A DNA stretch of 52,249 nt from IMG/VR virus record IMGVR_UViG_3300044823_000078, positions 1 through 52,249 of that record. One strand, given 5' to 3'. This DNA is from a virus. Its lineage: Duplodnaviria; Caudoviricetes. Shown here in pieces: positions 28,744-38,686 of this stretch (position 1 is the stretch's first letter; the number at the start of each line of letters is the position of its first letter). The translations under genes and the position numbers were made by a program. The notes below the pieces were generated by a model. That model ran no database searches, was not told where the DNA came from, and worked only from the letters and a program-made list of their open reading frames with translations.

Positions 28744-30494
28744 AAAAACTATTTACCATTTTGCTGGCGGCACTGCTCGGCCTTTCTGCGCAGGCTTCAA
28801 ATGTTGTCTTTTCATTTACGAATAGCTCAACTGGCCAACTTGACACGAATGACTTTAAGATTATTCCACTTGGGCATATTCGCAATTCCGATGGAACATT
28901 TAATAACCCCGGCCTTCCATTGCGTATTCATAACCAGACTGGGGTTTCTACGAATTGGTTGGTTGCGCAGTATTATCAAATAACAAACCAGTTTATTGGT
29001 GATGGATTTTTTATCAGGTGTTCAGACTCTTCCAGCAATATCGTGATGGCTGGGGATAAGAGCATTTATTGTGGGAGCGCGAATCCTTTCATCGAGATAG
29101 TGGTGACGAATACTGTTATTATAATTTCGTCGGTGGCGACGAATGCGTTGAACGCATCCCAATCAAATGTGGTTGCGTCCGCAATTATTAACAGCGGCGG
29201 AACGAATATCACCGTCCCACCCGACACGGCGGCAGTGCTGCATCAAAGCAACGTGGTCTCGACAGCGGCGGGAAATGTGTTCACCGGGACGAACACTTTC
29301 ACCGGCCCTGTAACGACAACCAACTTAAATCTTCGGGGTAATCTAGTCATGACTGGCGACCAAAGTTACTTCGCCATGACGAATAATAGCAATGGTGGGA
29401 ATTTCTTTAGTCATTATGACATTGCTAATGCCGATACGTTTGGCGTTACACATAGTGGCGGTGAATTCTTACTTGGGATTGTCAACGATCTTTCCCAGAA
29501 ATCATACATTGATTTCAATATAGGTGGTGAATCTGAGTATGTAGCGAAGGGGGTAAACTTTGGTGACCTTGGTTCAATGACACATTCGTTTTATATCAGT
29601 GTTAACGGCTCTCCTGACCAGTTGTATGCGAGAATTTCCACTAACGGCCTTTGGGCAACGCGATTTTCCGGCAACGGCTCCGGCCTGACTAATCTTCCAG
29701 GTGTTAATATAGCTACTAATGGCCCTGACGGATCGCCACTCATGACTCAAGATACTACTATTCCATCTTCACAATTTGCAGGGTCACGGACAAACACGAG
29801 TGGAATCCCGTCATATGTTTCATTGGCGGACGTGGCAGTGGTGGCGACGAATCTTGTCGGCTCCGGCTCCGGGCTGACGAATCTGCAAGCATCAGGGGTC
29901 TCCACCAATGGCAGCACTGCCGGACAGGTGATGATAAACGGCGGCAATGGAACTGTGGTCTGGACAAATAATCAGTCAGTTGTTGCGGCGGGTGATGGCG
30001 AGACCGCCGAGACGATGACCACCAACCCCGTCACCGGACAAGTGACGTACACCTCCAACGTGAACACTAATCAGTTTCTGGCCTCAACCGGGAACTCGCC
30101 TTTCAATGGGAGTGCGATTACCAATCTCAATCTGCAAATTACCGCCTCCGTTTCGGTGCCCCTCACGAATGGTCTTGGCCTCACCAACTTCACCATCGCT
30201 GACGGGCTGACCAATCCACCGGGCTATTTGCGGGCCGTTTTGGTTTGCATCACCAACGATTCTTGCGGACTCAAAACCAATTCAGAGACCCCCATTGATG
30301 AGTTTTGTATCTACATCTCCGGTTCCAGCCGGGGGCCACTCTTCAGCGTCAGTGCCGACAGCACCGGCACCAACATCGTTTTCAATTATTGCGGCGTGGG
30401 AGGCTCCTCCGCGGCTTTTGTCTATGGTGGAACGGCAAATGTGGCCATCCAATCGTTCTCAAACTTCAAATTCAAGGCGTACTACCACCAGTGA
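28740..30494 (+). CDS. Fibre-like, TN-rich protein with signal peptide
   Basis: MKKLFTILLAALLGLSAQA-S; FSGNGSGLTNL, GSGSGLTNL and NGSAITNL fibre-type repeats. Confidence 0.65.
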   Translation: MKKLFTILLAALLGLSAQASNVVFSFTNSSTGQLDTNDFKIIPLGHIRNSDGTFNNPGLPLRIHNQTGVSTNWLVAQYYQITNQFIGDGFFIRCSDSSSNIVMAGDKSIYCGSANPFIEIVVTNTVIIISSVATNALNASQSNVVASAIINSGGTNITVPPDTAAVLHQSNVVSTAAGNVFTGTNTFTGPVTTTNLNLRGNLVMTGDQSYFAMTNNSNGGNFFSHYDIANADTFGVTHSGGEFLLGIVNDLSQKSYIDFNIGGESEYVAKGVNFGDLGSMTHSFYISVNGSPDQLYARISTNGLWATRFSGNGSGLTNLPGVNIATNGPDGSPLMTQDTTIPSSQFAGSRTNTSGIPSYVSLADVAVVATNLVGSGSGLTNLQASGVSTNGSTAGQVMINGGNGTVVWTNNQSVVAAGDGETAETMTTNPVTGQVTYTSNVNTNQFLASTGNSPFNGSAITNLNLQITASVSVPLTNGLGLTNFTIADGLTNPPGYLRAVLVCITNDSCGLKTNSETPIDEFCIYISGSSRGPLFSVSADSTGTNIVFNYCGVGGSSAAFVYGGTANVAIQSFSNFKFKAYYHQ

Positions 30495-31096
30495 CCCGCT
30501 CACTCACCATCCTTGCGTGCCTGCTGCTGGCCGGTTGCTCCGCGCCGCCGGCAAAGAGGGTTGTTACCGTTCCATCGGCTGCAATGCTTGTGCCGAAGAC
30601 CGTGGTCAACCCCGCAGTCGTGCATTGGCGGGACACCAATGGGTGCGGCTGGTCGGTGATAAACGGTAAAACGAACGGGCCGTTTTGCCCGAATCCACCG
30701 ACAACGAATCTCACCATCACCTGCACGCCGGGTGGTGTGTTCGCGGTTTCAAACTTGGTCGGACAGCAGTCCTGGCGCACGTCGAATGCTGTGCTGCAAG
30801 TGTCTGCCGGCCTCAAGACATGGGTGGACGTTGCGCCGCTGGCCGATGGAAGCGTAACCTTGGCGTGGAATGCAAGCACTGATCCAAGCGTCGCGGGTTA
30901 CAACATTTATTACGGTGGGGCCAGCGGCACATATACCAATAGGATTGACGCCGAAGGCGACACCACAGCGACCGTTTCCGGCCTGACTGTGGGAGCCACC
31001 TATTATTTTGCGGCCACAACATATTCAGCGGACGCAGAAAGCCTGTTTTCATGCGAGGTGGCGTGGACAAACAGGCCGGTTTTAACAATTCAATGA
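30491..31096 (+). CDS. Lipoprotein with fibronectin type III domain
   Basis: GTG start, lipobox LLAGC; VTLAWNAS...GYNIYYG...VSGLTVGATYYF. Confidence 0.8.
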   Translation: MTRSLTILACLLLAGCSAPPAKRVVTVPSAAMLVPKTVVNPAVVHWRDTNGCGWSVINGKTNGPFCPNPPTTNLTITCTPGGVFAVSNLVGQQSWRTSNAVLQVSAGLKTWVDVAPLADGSVTLAWNASTDPSVAGYNIYYGGASGTYTNRIDAEGDTTATVSGLTVGATYYFAATTYSADAESLFSCEVAWTNRPVLTIQ

Positions 31097-31106
31097 AAGG
31101 AAAAGT

Positions 31107-31229
31107 ATGATTATTATCGGACTGTTAATCGTAGCTGTTATCTGCCTGACTGTGGCTTTGATTCTTGCAATTAAATATGCCCCGTTCGGATACGAGGCCC
31201 AACAGCGCGAATTGAGGGGCGGTAAATAA
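31107..31229 (+). CDS. 40-aa single-pass membrane peptide
   Basis: MIIIGLLIVAVICLTVALILAIKYAPFG; a truncated copy lies at 32106-32177. Confidence 0.55.
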   Translation: MIIIGLLIVAVICLTVALILAIKYAPFGYEAQQRELRGGK

Positions 31230-31673
31230 CCATGTTTGACACTCTGGTAAATCTGTTTTCCGAATATGGGTGCGCCGTGCTCATGGTGTTGATGTTTTGT
31301 GCCGTGCTGTTCCAATGGGGAGATAAACCGAAAGGGTGAACGGATATATGACCACACTTCAAATTCGCAGTCAGGTAGGAAAACCAGTCGAAAGAAAGAC
31401 CCTTACGGAATGTCTCAAGCTTCTGGGGGTGTCGCCGGATAAAAAGCGATCCTGCAATCCAAAAGCGTTTATGCTCAAGGCAGGCAGGCAACATTCCTTT
31501 TCCGACAATTCAGAGGGCCGGTTGTATGACCTATACGAAAAAGCGCGCCCGGCTTTTTTGGGGCTGTGCAAGCGGAACCAAATTCATCTGGCCTCCAACC
31601 ACGAGACCGGAGTTTGGATAAACGCCTTGTGGTCGCGCACGGTAAAATTGTTCCGGCGCAAAGGGATTGAAAT

Positions 31674-32087
31674 ATGAATGAGACAATTATCTTGGCATTG
31701 TTTGGAGGCATTGGAATCTGTCTGATGGCCCTGGCTGGCGCCACTTACACGCTGTCCCAGCGCATGACCAAGATGGAGACCATATTTAACTTCTGGATTG
31801 AAACCATCGGCAATAAAGCGGCGAAGATTTTACACAGCCCGGGAGATTCTCTCGGATTGGACAAGTACCTTGATAAATATCTCAACGACCATCCGGCATT
31901 GGTTTTAGAGGATTGGGTTGAAATAAAACTGATGTGTGAGAAGGTGGAACAGAACCGTGAAGTAGATGCCGGGAAACGATTGATTGCCGGCTTTGTCGCC
32001 GCTGGCGCTCAACAGAAAATCTTGCTCATTACGAAAAACCTTCCCCGCCAAAGTGAACTACGAAATAACCCGGATAAACAAAACTGA
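31674..32087 (+). CDS. N-anchored membrane protein, lysis-module candidate
   Basis: One N-terminal TM helix followed by a helical region. Confidence 0.5.
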   Translation: MNETIILALFGGIGICLMALAGATYTLSQRMTKMETIFNFWIETIGNKAAKILHSPGDSLGLDKYLDKYLNDHPALVLEDWVEIKLMCEKVEQNREVDAGKRLIAGFVAAGAQQKILLITKNLPRQSELRNNPDKQN

Positions 32088-32173
32088 AATTACGAAAGTA
32101 AAAGTATGATTATTATCGGACTGTTATTCGTAGTAGCTATTATCTGCCTGCGCGCAGAATTGAGGGCCACAAA

Positions 32174-32641
32174 ATGAACTTCCCCGACGACCTATTGCCC
32201 GGCGACGTGCTGCTTTACCACGGCGACACGCTGTTCAACAAAATCACCGATATCAAAACCGGCGGCGTTGTTGACCATGTGGAAGTTTACATGGGCCACG
32301 GCTTGACCGTTGCCGCACGGCAGGAGGGTTTCAATTATTACAACTTCGACCCGAACGGGCTGGCCAAGGTTCGCCGCCCGATTGCGCCGTTTGATTTGCA
32401 AGCCGCCGAGACTTGGATTGGGCCGTTGCGGGGATTGTCCTACGACGACCCGGGGCTGTTTGAGTTTTTCAACTGGTCAATCACGAACAATGGATTCATC
32501 TGTTCGGTCGGAGCGGCGTACGTGCTTAAAATGGGCAAGGTGCTTATATTTGCCGACGACATGGACTTGAACAAGATTTCACCACGAGATTTTGATTTGC
32601 CCCGCGAACTCACAACCATCTGGACAAAGCAAAACGTATGA
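32174..32641 (+). CDS. Permuted papain-like amidase (YiiX/NlpC-P60 type), endolysin candidate
   Basis: PGDVLL, DHVEVYMG, YD, FICS (His before Cys), ISP-D. Confidence 0.75.
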   Translation: MNFPDDLLPGDVLLYHGDTLFNKITDIKTGGVVDHVEVYMGHGLTVAARQEGFNYYNFDPNGLAKVRRPIAPFDLQAAETWIGPLRGLSYDDPGLFEFFNWSITNNGFICSVGAAYVLKMGKVLIFADDMDLNKISPRDFDLPRELTTIWTKQNV

Positions 32642-32919
32642 ACAAACATTGGCAGACCAACCTTGGCGGTGCAATCGGCATGACCGGCGACGGACTCATT
32701 GGCATCGGCGTTCTCGGCGGGGCAAACCCGGCTTATCAAAAAGTATGCTGGTGGATTGCCTTGATCGGGTTTGTCATCAGCGCCATCGGCAAGGGCTTGA
32801 CCGCCCTGTTCGCCGCCGATGCCGGCACGGTGAACAACATCGCCGCTGCCGTTGACCAGATTAACCAACAGGGAGCAAGCCCAATGGCTGCGCCCTTAAC
32901 AACCAAAACAACACCATGA
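32638..32919 (+). CDS. Putative holin
   Basis: WQTNLGG start, two TM segments, FAAD end; next to the amidase. Confidence 0.6.
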   Translation: MNKHWQTNLGGAIGMTGDGLIGIGVLGGANPAYQKVCWWIALIGFVISAIGKGLTALFAADAGTVNNIAAAVDQINQQGASPMAAPLTTKTTP

Positions 32920-33476
32920 AAAAACTCACGACCATTATTCTATTCGCAGCAACCATCGGCCTGCTCTGCCTGTTCGCAGTCGGAGCAAGGGCGCAAACAT
33001 TTCAATCGTTCACAGACGGAGCTATAACCAACGGCGCGGTTGGCGGTGGCTTTTGGAGGGGCTTAACTGGAAATTACAACATCGCCAGCTATGATTATTT
33101 GTACAGCATTAACCTAACCACCAATGGTTTGAGTGCTGGACTTATACTGGGAGGTGATTATATGTGGAGTGGAAAGAAAGTTCACGAGCAGAATGACGTC
33201 AAGGGTGGATTTTCCCTTCAGTACACGATGACTCCACTCAGGTTTGCAGGAATAACAAACGTACTGCTTGTCGTAAATGGTGGAAATGCTTTGGCGACTC
33301 CGCGTCAAGCTGGTGCCAGCGTGGGTGACATTACTTATTTCGGCGCAAACTATAAAATAAACGTCTATAAGACGATTAATTTCAACATTAACCCCTCCTG
33401 GCAAATGCGCGTAGGGCAGGGAGCATTTGACAGACAGTATGTCGGCATTCAGGGGTTTTTCAGCTTGGGATTCTGA
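32916..33476 (+). CDS. Signal-peptide beta-rich protein, possible outer-membrane beta-barrel
   Basis: Signal ending ARA-Q; alternating aromatic strands; C-terminal Phe (FFSLGF). Confidence 0.55.
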   Translation: MKKLTTIILFAATIGLLCLFAVGARAQTFQSFTDGAITNGAVGGGFWRGLTGNYNIASYDYLYSINLTTNGLSAGLILGGDYMWSGKKVHEQNDVKGGFSLQYTMTPLRFAGITNVLLVVNGGNALATPRQAGASVGDITYFGANYKINVYKTINFNINPSWQMRVGQGAFDRQYVGIQGFFSLGF

Positions 33477-33541
33477 TTCTTGGGTGAGGATGGGCCTGGG
33501 CGGGTTTTTAGGTTGCCCGCTCAGGCCGTTAAAAAAAAACT

Positions 33542-34390
33542 ATGAGCGACACTGTAATTGATATGCGCGAACTCACGAGGTTAATTAGCTCTCTATGGTT
33601 TGCCATTGCCGGAAGCGGCGTTGAGCATGGCGATATGCAATCCATCTTGAAGACTGAGGCCGGCCAACTTGCCTGGGAAATATCCGAGCAGATTGGTCCG
33701 AAGACTTTAGCCGCCGGAAACAGGAAGCTGGAAAAAGATATGCGCCGGACGTTCTTTCCATTGGCCTCTGGCCCAGCGGAACAGTTCGATGGTAAGCAGG
33801 GAAAGAGTACTGACCTTTGGCTGTTCTCATATAACAAAAATGGAAACAGCTTTTTGGTCGGTGCGCATCAATCGGACATAGTTGGAAATGGAACAAATCT
33901 CAAACCAATTCTTTACGGTGATAACTCCCGCCGCGGCGCGGTGTGGGGTAGGGTTGGGAATCGCGGAAAGCAAGGCGTGGTTATCTTAAACCGCAAAGTT
34001 GTTACTGAGTCGGCTTATGCGAATCTGGCAGCCTCGATACGAAAACAATTTGGCCAGATGCGTGCATCTTTTGCGCGAACAGCTCAAGAGCTTGTCCCGA
34101 AAAAAAGAATACCGGCATGGGTTGGCGCGCAGATACAAGCTACAATCGGAAATGGTAAAAGCCTTTTTAATATGGCCGGTCTTAATAATAAAACAGACCC
34201 GTTTATTGAATTTGGAAGTCGGGCGCGTGGCGTGGTAAGTAATCCAAAGATTTCCGAGAAAATTCATAATGCCACTAAGTCAAGGATGATGGTTGTGGCC
34301 GATAAGCTTAAAAAAGTAATTAGCGGATATAAGTATCAATGGGATACTGGGCAATGCTATAAGCAGCCGGAAATAACGGAGGCCGAATGA
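33542..34390 (+). CDS. Putative neck/tail-completion protein
   Basis: Basic protein with FIEFGS; upstream of the tail genes. Confidence 0.4.
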   Translation: MSDTVIDMRELTRLISSLWFAIAGSGVEHGDMQSILKTEAGQLAWEISEQIGPKTLAAGNRKLEKDMRRTFFPLASGPAEQFDGKQGKSTDLWLFSYNKNGNSFLVGAHQSDIVGNGTNLKPILYGDNSRRGAVWGRVGNRGKQGVVILNRKVVTESAYANLAASIRKQFGQMRASFARTAQELVPKKRIPAWVGAQIQATIGNGKSLFNMAGLNNKTDPFIEFGSRARGVVSNPKISEKIHNATKSRMMVVADKLKKVISGYKYQWDTGQCYKQPEITEAE

Positions 34391-34392
34391 CT

Positions 34393-34929
34393 TTATTTTT
34401 CAAACTTCCAACGGAGCAGGTTTCCAGTACGACCGGCGCTGTATTTAGTTTCATTAGGATTTCGGAAACAAGCACCCTCGGCTCCGAGCTTACGCAGATT
34501 AGCCATATAATTTACCAGTCCGAACGGGCTTTTAATGGCCTGCCATTGGAGCCTAAACCGTCCAGGAACGGTCGAAGTCCTTTCAAGCCAGCTTCCCTTA
34601 ACTTGCGGCGCGTCGAAGGCTGTAAACGTAATGTCCGGCGTAAGCCACTTTTCACCGTGAACGACTGCCCGCATAGCAATTTTATACGCCGAATTTTCGT
34701 TACCGAATCCAATCCCACGTCCGGCATGAATTTCACCGTCCAAGTGCATATCGGGAAGGTTGCGCGCGAAACTGCGCGGCACCTGAATCTTATTTCCGGC
34801 GCGAGTCCAGAAGGATTTTCCGTCCCAATAGGCGCGGCATCCGTTCAGTTTTTCCGAGGCAAACCAGCCGACCAGCGAGCATTGCCCAATCCAATCTTGG
34901 GCCAAAATTATTTGAGACTCATCAATCAC
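34393..34929 (-). CDS. ATP-dependent ligase adenylation domain only
   Basis: SEKLNGCRAYWDG, LDGEI, FDAP, GAEG, Y--GR--NLLRWK; no OB domain. Confidence 0.8.
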   Translation of the reverse strand: MIDESQIILAQDWIGQCSLVGWFASEKLNGCRAYWDGKSFWTRAGNKIQVPRSFARNLPDMHLDGEIHAGRGIGFGNENSAYKIAMRAVVHGEKWLTPDITFTAFDAPQVKGSWLERTSTVPGRFRLQWQAIKSPFGLVNYMANLRKLGAEGACFRNPNETKYSAGRTGNLLRWKFEK

Positions 34930-34974
34930 AAGGACATAATATCATATCCTGGAAAGATGTAAACAACTATTTTT

Positions 34975-35565
34975 ATGACCTTCCAAGACTTTGCGAAATT
35001 CAACGACTTCTCGTTAATTGAGAAAGCAGTCCAGGCTTTCTTCTGCGCGGTTGACGGCGGTTCGTTTGTGGCCCCGAAAGATGATACCGACCTGACCCGG
35101 GAATCTTTTGAAGCTGGCCCGGATAACATTGCTTTTTATACCGCGTTTCAGGCTTTGACTTTTACGAAGTGCAGGCCGCGAGTATTTATCGGATTGAGTT
35201 CCGTTACAAGGCTTGCTGGCGCATACGCAATCGACCCCAACGGAAACCTGCGCGAGAAATCGTGGCGCGGCTCGATAACTTTTGGAATGATAACGAAGCC
35301 GGATTATTCTTTGCATACCCAACTTCGGGCGCAAGTGCTTTCAATAATTCAGCAAGTGCTTCCGCAAATTTCCGCCGATAATTCACTCTTTACTTCGACC
35401 GGGATAAATGATTTACTCGACCATTACCAAGTAAGCGAATTTTGGGCGCGAAACATTTCAACAAATATAATCCCGGAAGATGGAAACTATCAATCAACAA
35501 TTCCAGTCGAAATCGCTTTCTCCGTTAATCCGACCGCATGGCCGGCGGGGATGATAACAGTATAA
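34975..35565 (+). CDS. Putative tail terminator
   Basis: Size and position upstream of the tail tube candidate. Confidence 0.35.
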   Translation: MTFQDFAKFNDFSLIEKAVQAFFCAVDGGSFVAPKDDTDLTRESFEAGPDNIAFYTAFQALTFTKCRPRVFIGLSSVTRLAGAYAIDPNGNLREKSWRGSITFGMITKPDYSLHTQLRAQVLSIIQQVLPQISADNSLFTSTGINDLLDHYQVSEFWARNISTNIIPEDGNYQSTIPVEIAFSVNPTAWPAGMITV

Positions 35566-35581
35566 AACGAAAGAAATAAAA

Positions 35582-35989
35582 ATGAAAAAAAAATACATCT
35601 CACTAATTAGTATTGCGGCCATGCTTTGCTTGTCTGCATTTACTTCCAGCGCCGGGTTCGGCGGGTATGCTCCTTGGCCCATACTCTGCACGACCAATGC
35701 TCCCAACTATGTTACGAACTATGTATATGTTCAGTTGCCATCTGTGGCCTTTACCGCAACCGCAACAAATTCCACGACTCGGACCACTAACTATATTGTT
35801 CAGTCGTTCAACCCCGCCGGCGGTCAGTTTACAATTTCTGTTTCAAACACATTTGTCTATGACGCCAGTATCTACGGCACAAACTTCTCAACAAACTTTC
35901 CGGCCATATCAATCGCGACTCCGGTTTGCACCGGGTTTCAATCAGTTCCGGCGCTTTCCACCGGAACAGCTTCACAGACTGTCAACTAA
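35582..35989 (+). CDS. Signal-peptide, TN-rich protein
   Basis: MKKKYISLISIAAMLCLSAFTSSA-G; resembles 49464-49874. Confidence 0.7.
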   Translation: MKKKYISLISIAAMLCLSAFTSSAGFGGYAPWPILCTTNAPNYVTNYVYVQLPSVAFTATATNSTTRTTNYIVQSFNPAGGQFTISVSNTFVYDASIYGTNFSTNFPAISIATPVCTGFQSVPALSTGTASQTVN

Positions 35990-36008
35990 TAATTAACCAT
36001 CAAACATT

Positions 36009-36533
36009 ATGCCTATTACATCAACTCCAGTCATTCTTTATTCTCCGTCAGGTCAACCAATCGGCCCAGCCGGCGGGATTCGTGCCTTGCTTCAATTCTA
36101 CCGTCCGCCAGTTACTGCCGATGCGGCAGGACTTGTTAACCTTGCACAGCCGGTTGCGCTCGGCGCTGGCAACATTACTGTTGGTGGCCCAGTGGCAGTT
36201 TCCGAGTTGAGCCTTGAGCTTGATTCAACTACGCACGAAACCACCGGTCGCTACGGGGAGCCGAATAACGACCCAACAGTTATGCGCGGAAGTCCGAAGC
36301 TAAACTGTGGAACGTTTGTCCAGGCCGCTGGCCAACCAATGCTTGCTCCGGGCGACTTTGTTGAGCTGTCTATTGGGACGAAGCAAACATCAACCCCGGG
36401 TGCTCCGGTCTATGAGCCGGTCTCACGTTGGGTAGTTACAGGGAACAGCCTCGGCACTTCCGGGGTGAATAAGTATTCGCTCAAGCTGGAATTGGACCGC
36501 GTGAATAGTGACCCGGCGTTGAACTTGTTCTGA
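36009..36533 (+). CDS. Putative tail tube protein
   Basis: Beta-rich, 174 aa, ahead of chaperone and tape-measure candidates. Confidence 0.45.
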   Translation: MPITSTPVILYSPSGQPIGPAGGIRALLQFYRPPVTADAAGLVNLAQPVALGAGNITVGGPVAVSELSLELDSTTHETTGRYGEPNNDPTVMRGSPKLNCGTFVQAAGQPMLAPGDFVELSIGTKQTSTPGAPVYEPVSRWVVTGNSLGTSGVNKYSLKLELDRVNSDPALNLF

Positions 36534-37234
36534 TGAACAGTGCCGTAGAATTTTCACTTAATGACTTTCCAGGTTATTCCGAGGCAGTAGCAAAAGAAAA
36601 TGAGATTCGGTCTCGTGCCTGCCTCGGAATAAACGAAGTCATCTGCGGGCTGGAAGTCAAGCCGCTCTGCGCGCTTCATGTTCAGTTGTTTTCACTTGTG
36701 CGCTCCCCGTTTTTGGGCGCGTATCAAGTGGAGCAGTTGATGGATAAACCGGACATTCTGGATGACATTATGAGGTTCTTGTGGATAGTCTCGCCCATGT
36801 ATAGGCTGGAAGCCCCGCCAAAGCGTCCAGGATGGCTTCAGAGAGGCTTTGATTGGCGCAAGGTAGAAAGCCCCAGAGACCGATTTAATGTCGCCTACGG
36901 CCCAATAATGAAGCAAAAGCTGGACACAGTAATCCGGGAAATTCTCGATTATATTAATGACTCGTTTTCGGACGCGGAACCAGGTGAGAAAGATGCCAAA
37001 AGCTACTACGCGTTTGAAGTTTCTATCGCGCATGAACTTCACGAGCATTACGGCTATCGTATTGATTTCTGGAATCCATATTGTCCCGCATCAAAAAATC
37101 CACTGCTCGTTCCGTTGAAAATAGTATTCCAGCTTCGTAAGTTGCGCGCACAGATTGCCGGGGCCGCATCCGTAAATAAGTCCGACAAACTTATTGAGCT
37201 TGGATTGGCTGAGATTGCGAAAAGGAAAAAATAA
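36533..37234 (+). CDS. Putative tail assembly chaperone
   Basis: Position before the tape-measure-like gene; helical with PLK-VFQL C-terminus. Confidence 0.45.
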   Translation: MNSAVEFSLNDFPGYSEAVAKENEIRSRACLGINEVICGLEVKPLCALHVQLFSLVRSPFLGAYQVEQLMDKPDILDDIMRFLWIVSPMYRLEAPPKRPGWLQRGFDWRKVESPRDRFNVAYGPIMKQKLDTVIREILDYINDSFSDAEPGEKDAKSYYAFEVSIAHELHEHYGYRIDFWNPYCPASKNPLLVPLKIVFQLRKLRAQIAGAASVNKSDKLIELGLAEIAKRKK

Positions 37235-37237
37235 ATC

Positions 37238-38686
37238 ATGGCTGAAACGGCAGAGCAACTAATGATTCGGATGGGCTTCGATGCCACGCAAGTCAAGCTT
37301 GGGCTGGCAAAGATGCAGGCCGACAATGAAGCCGCAGCTGTCCGGGTAACTGGCATTTGGAAAAAGGCCGAGACCGACCGCCGGATGATGACTGTGGCTG
37401 AAGTTGAAAAGACTGAGGCGGCAGTTACGGTAATTGAAATTGAAGAGGCAACGCGCCGGAATCGCGCAAGGTATTTATTGCGCCAACGCGGGATTCGGCA
37501 GGAAGCAACTTTGGCCGCTGAGCAGGCTGCGGCAAATGTTTCGATGGCCGCTGGAAGTATTCCAGCAAATATGGCTGGTGGAGCCGAGAGGAAGGCTGCA
37601 TCTGCGGCCGCTTCTGGGGCTGAGGGCGCTGTTGCTGGTATAGTTGGTATGGGCGCAATACGCGGAATGATAGCTGCTGTTCGTGGGGCTTTAGTTGGAA
37701 GCTGGAATCATATGGCGATGGGGATTGTTCATACATTGACCCGGCTCGGAATGACCGCCGCAACAGCAGTATCAAGTATTCCTATAATTGGAACAGCAGT
37801 TGTTGCCGGAATTGCAATGAAGCATTATGCAAATTCAATGAATGAGGCTGAAAAAGTTTCCGAAGAGAGCGGAGTTTCTGTTCGAGAGTCTCGCGAAATA
37901 GTCAAGAAGCGCCACGCTGAATGGTTAGCCGAAAAAGCTAAGGCTGAGAAAAAAGTTCAGGACGAAAAAGATAAGTTGGACGCGGAACATGCCGCCCTAA
38001 AAAATAAATTGGACGTGGCCGAAGCTACCGGGCAAAATAAAATTAATGAGATGAGACTCAAAGAGTATAATATAATGCATGAGATGTCGCTTATGAGCGC
38101 AAGTTCGGTCGAGTATAAAAGGAAAATGATTGAGTTTGATAAGGCAGAACTCGAAATTCAGAAGCAACAAAAAGATGTTGCAAGGGAAAAGTCTGATATT
38201 GAAAAGTCCATCCACGAAAAGAAAATTGAGATTGCAAAAAGCACGGAAGAAATAAACAAGATTGGTGTGAGTGATGCAATTCCAACTCTTAATGATTTAG
38301 CCGCAAACGGCGACGGCTGGATAACCAATCAAGCAAAAAAGCATAAAGCGAATATGATGTCTGGCAATAGTCCGTTTCAGGGTGCTGCCCGTGATGCAAT
38401 ATGGTGGAAGGATGCTGAGGAGGAGGATATTAGAATGGGGCGGGCGAAGTGGACAGAGCATCGCGACAAGGCCGGCAATTTGGAAAGCACAGAGCTAACT
38501 GGTGGACAGGCCTATACCGACTTACAGAATCGGCTTAAAGCTGAAAATAAATTATCAGCGGCTGGGCTTGAGACTCCAGAAATGAAACAAGCCGCCATGC
38601 AAAAGGGCATTGACGGAATTAACGCCAATATTGCTGAGCTATTGGCCAAAGCAAAAACTGACGGAATTAAAATTGCTGACAAATGA
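37238..38686 (+). CDS. Short tape-measure-like protein
   Basis: IRMGFD start, Ala/Gly hydrophobic middle, coiled-coil C-terminal half. Confidence 0.6.
   Translation: MAETAEQLMIRMGFDATQVKLGLAKMQADNEAAAVRVTGIWKKAETDRRMMTVAEVEKTEAAVTVIEIEEATRRNRARYLLRQRGIRQEATLAAEQAAANVSMAAGSIPANMAGGAERKAASAAASGAEGAVAGIVGMGAIRGMIAAVRGALVGSWNHMAMGIVHTLTRLGMTAATAVSSIPIIGTAVVAGIAMKHYANSMNEAEKVSEESGVSVRESREIVKKRHAEWLAEKAKAEKKVQDEKDKLDAEHAALKNKLDVAEATGQNKINEMRLKEYNIMHEMSLMSASSVEYKRKMIEFDKAELEIQKQQKDVAREKSDIEKSIHEKKIEIAKSTEEINKIGVSDAIPTLNDLAANGDGWITNQAKKHKANMMSGNSPFQGAARDAIWWKDAEEEDIRMGRAKWTEHRDKAGNLESTELTGGQAYTDLQNRLKAENKLSAAGLETPEMKQAAMQKGIDGINANIAELLAKAKTDGIKIADK

Noticed and set aside
34387-34962. 191-aa plus-strand ORF in the tail operon
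   Set aside because: The opposite strand has clear ligase motifs; this frame has none
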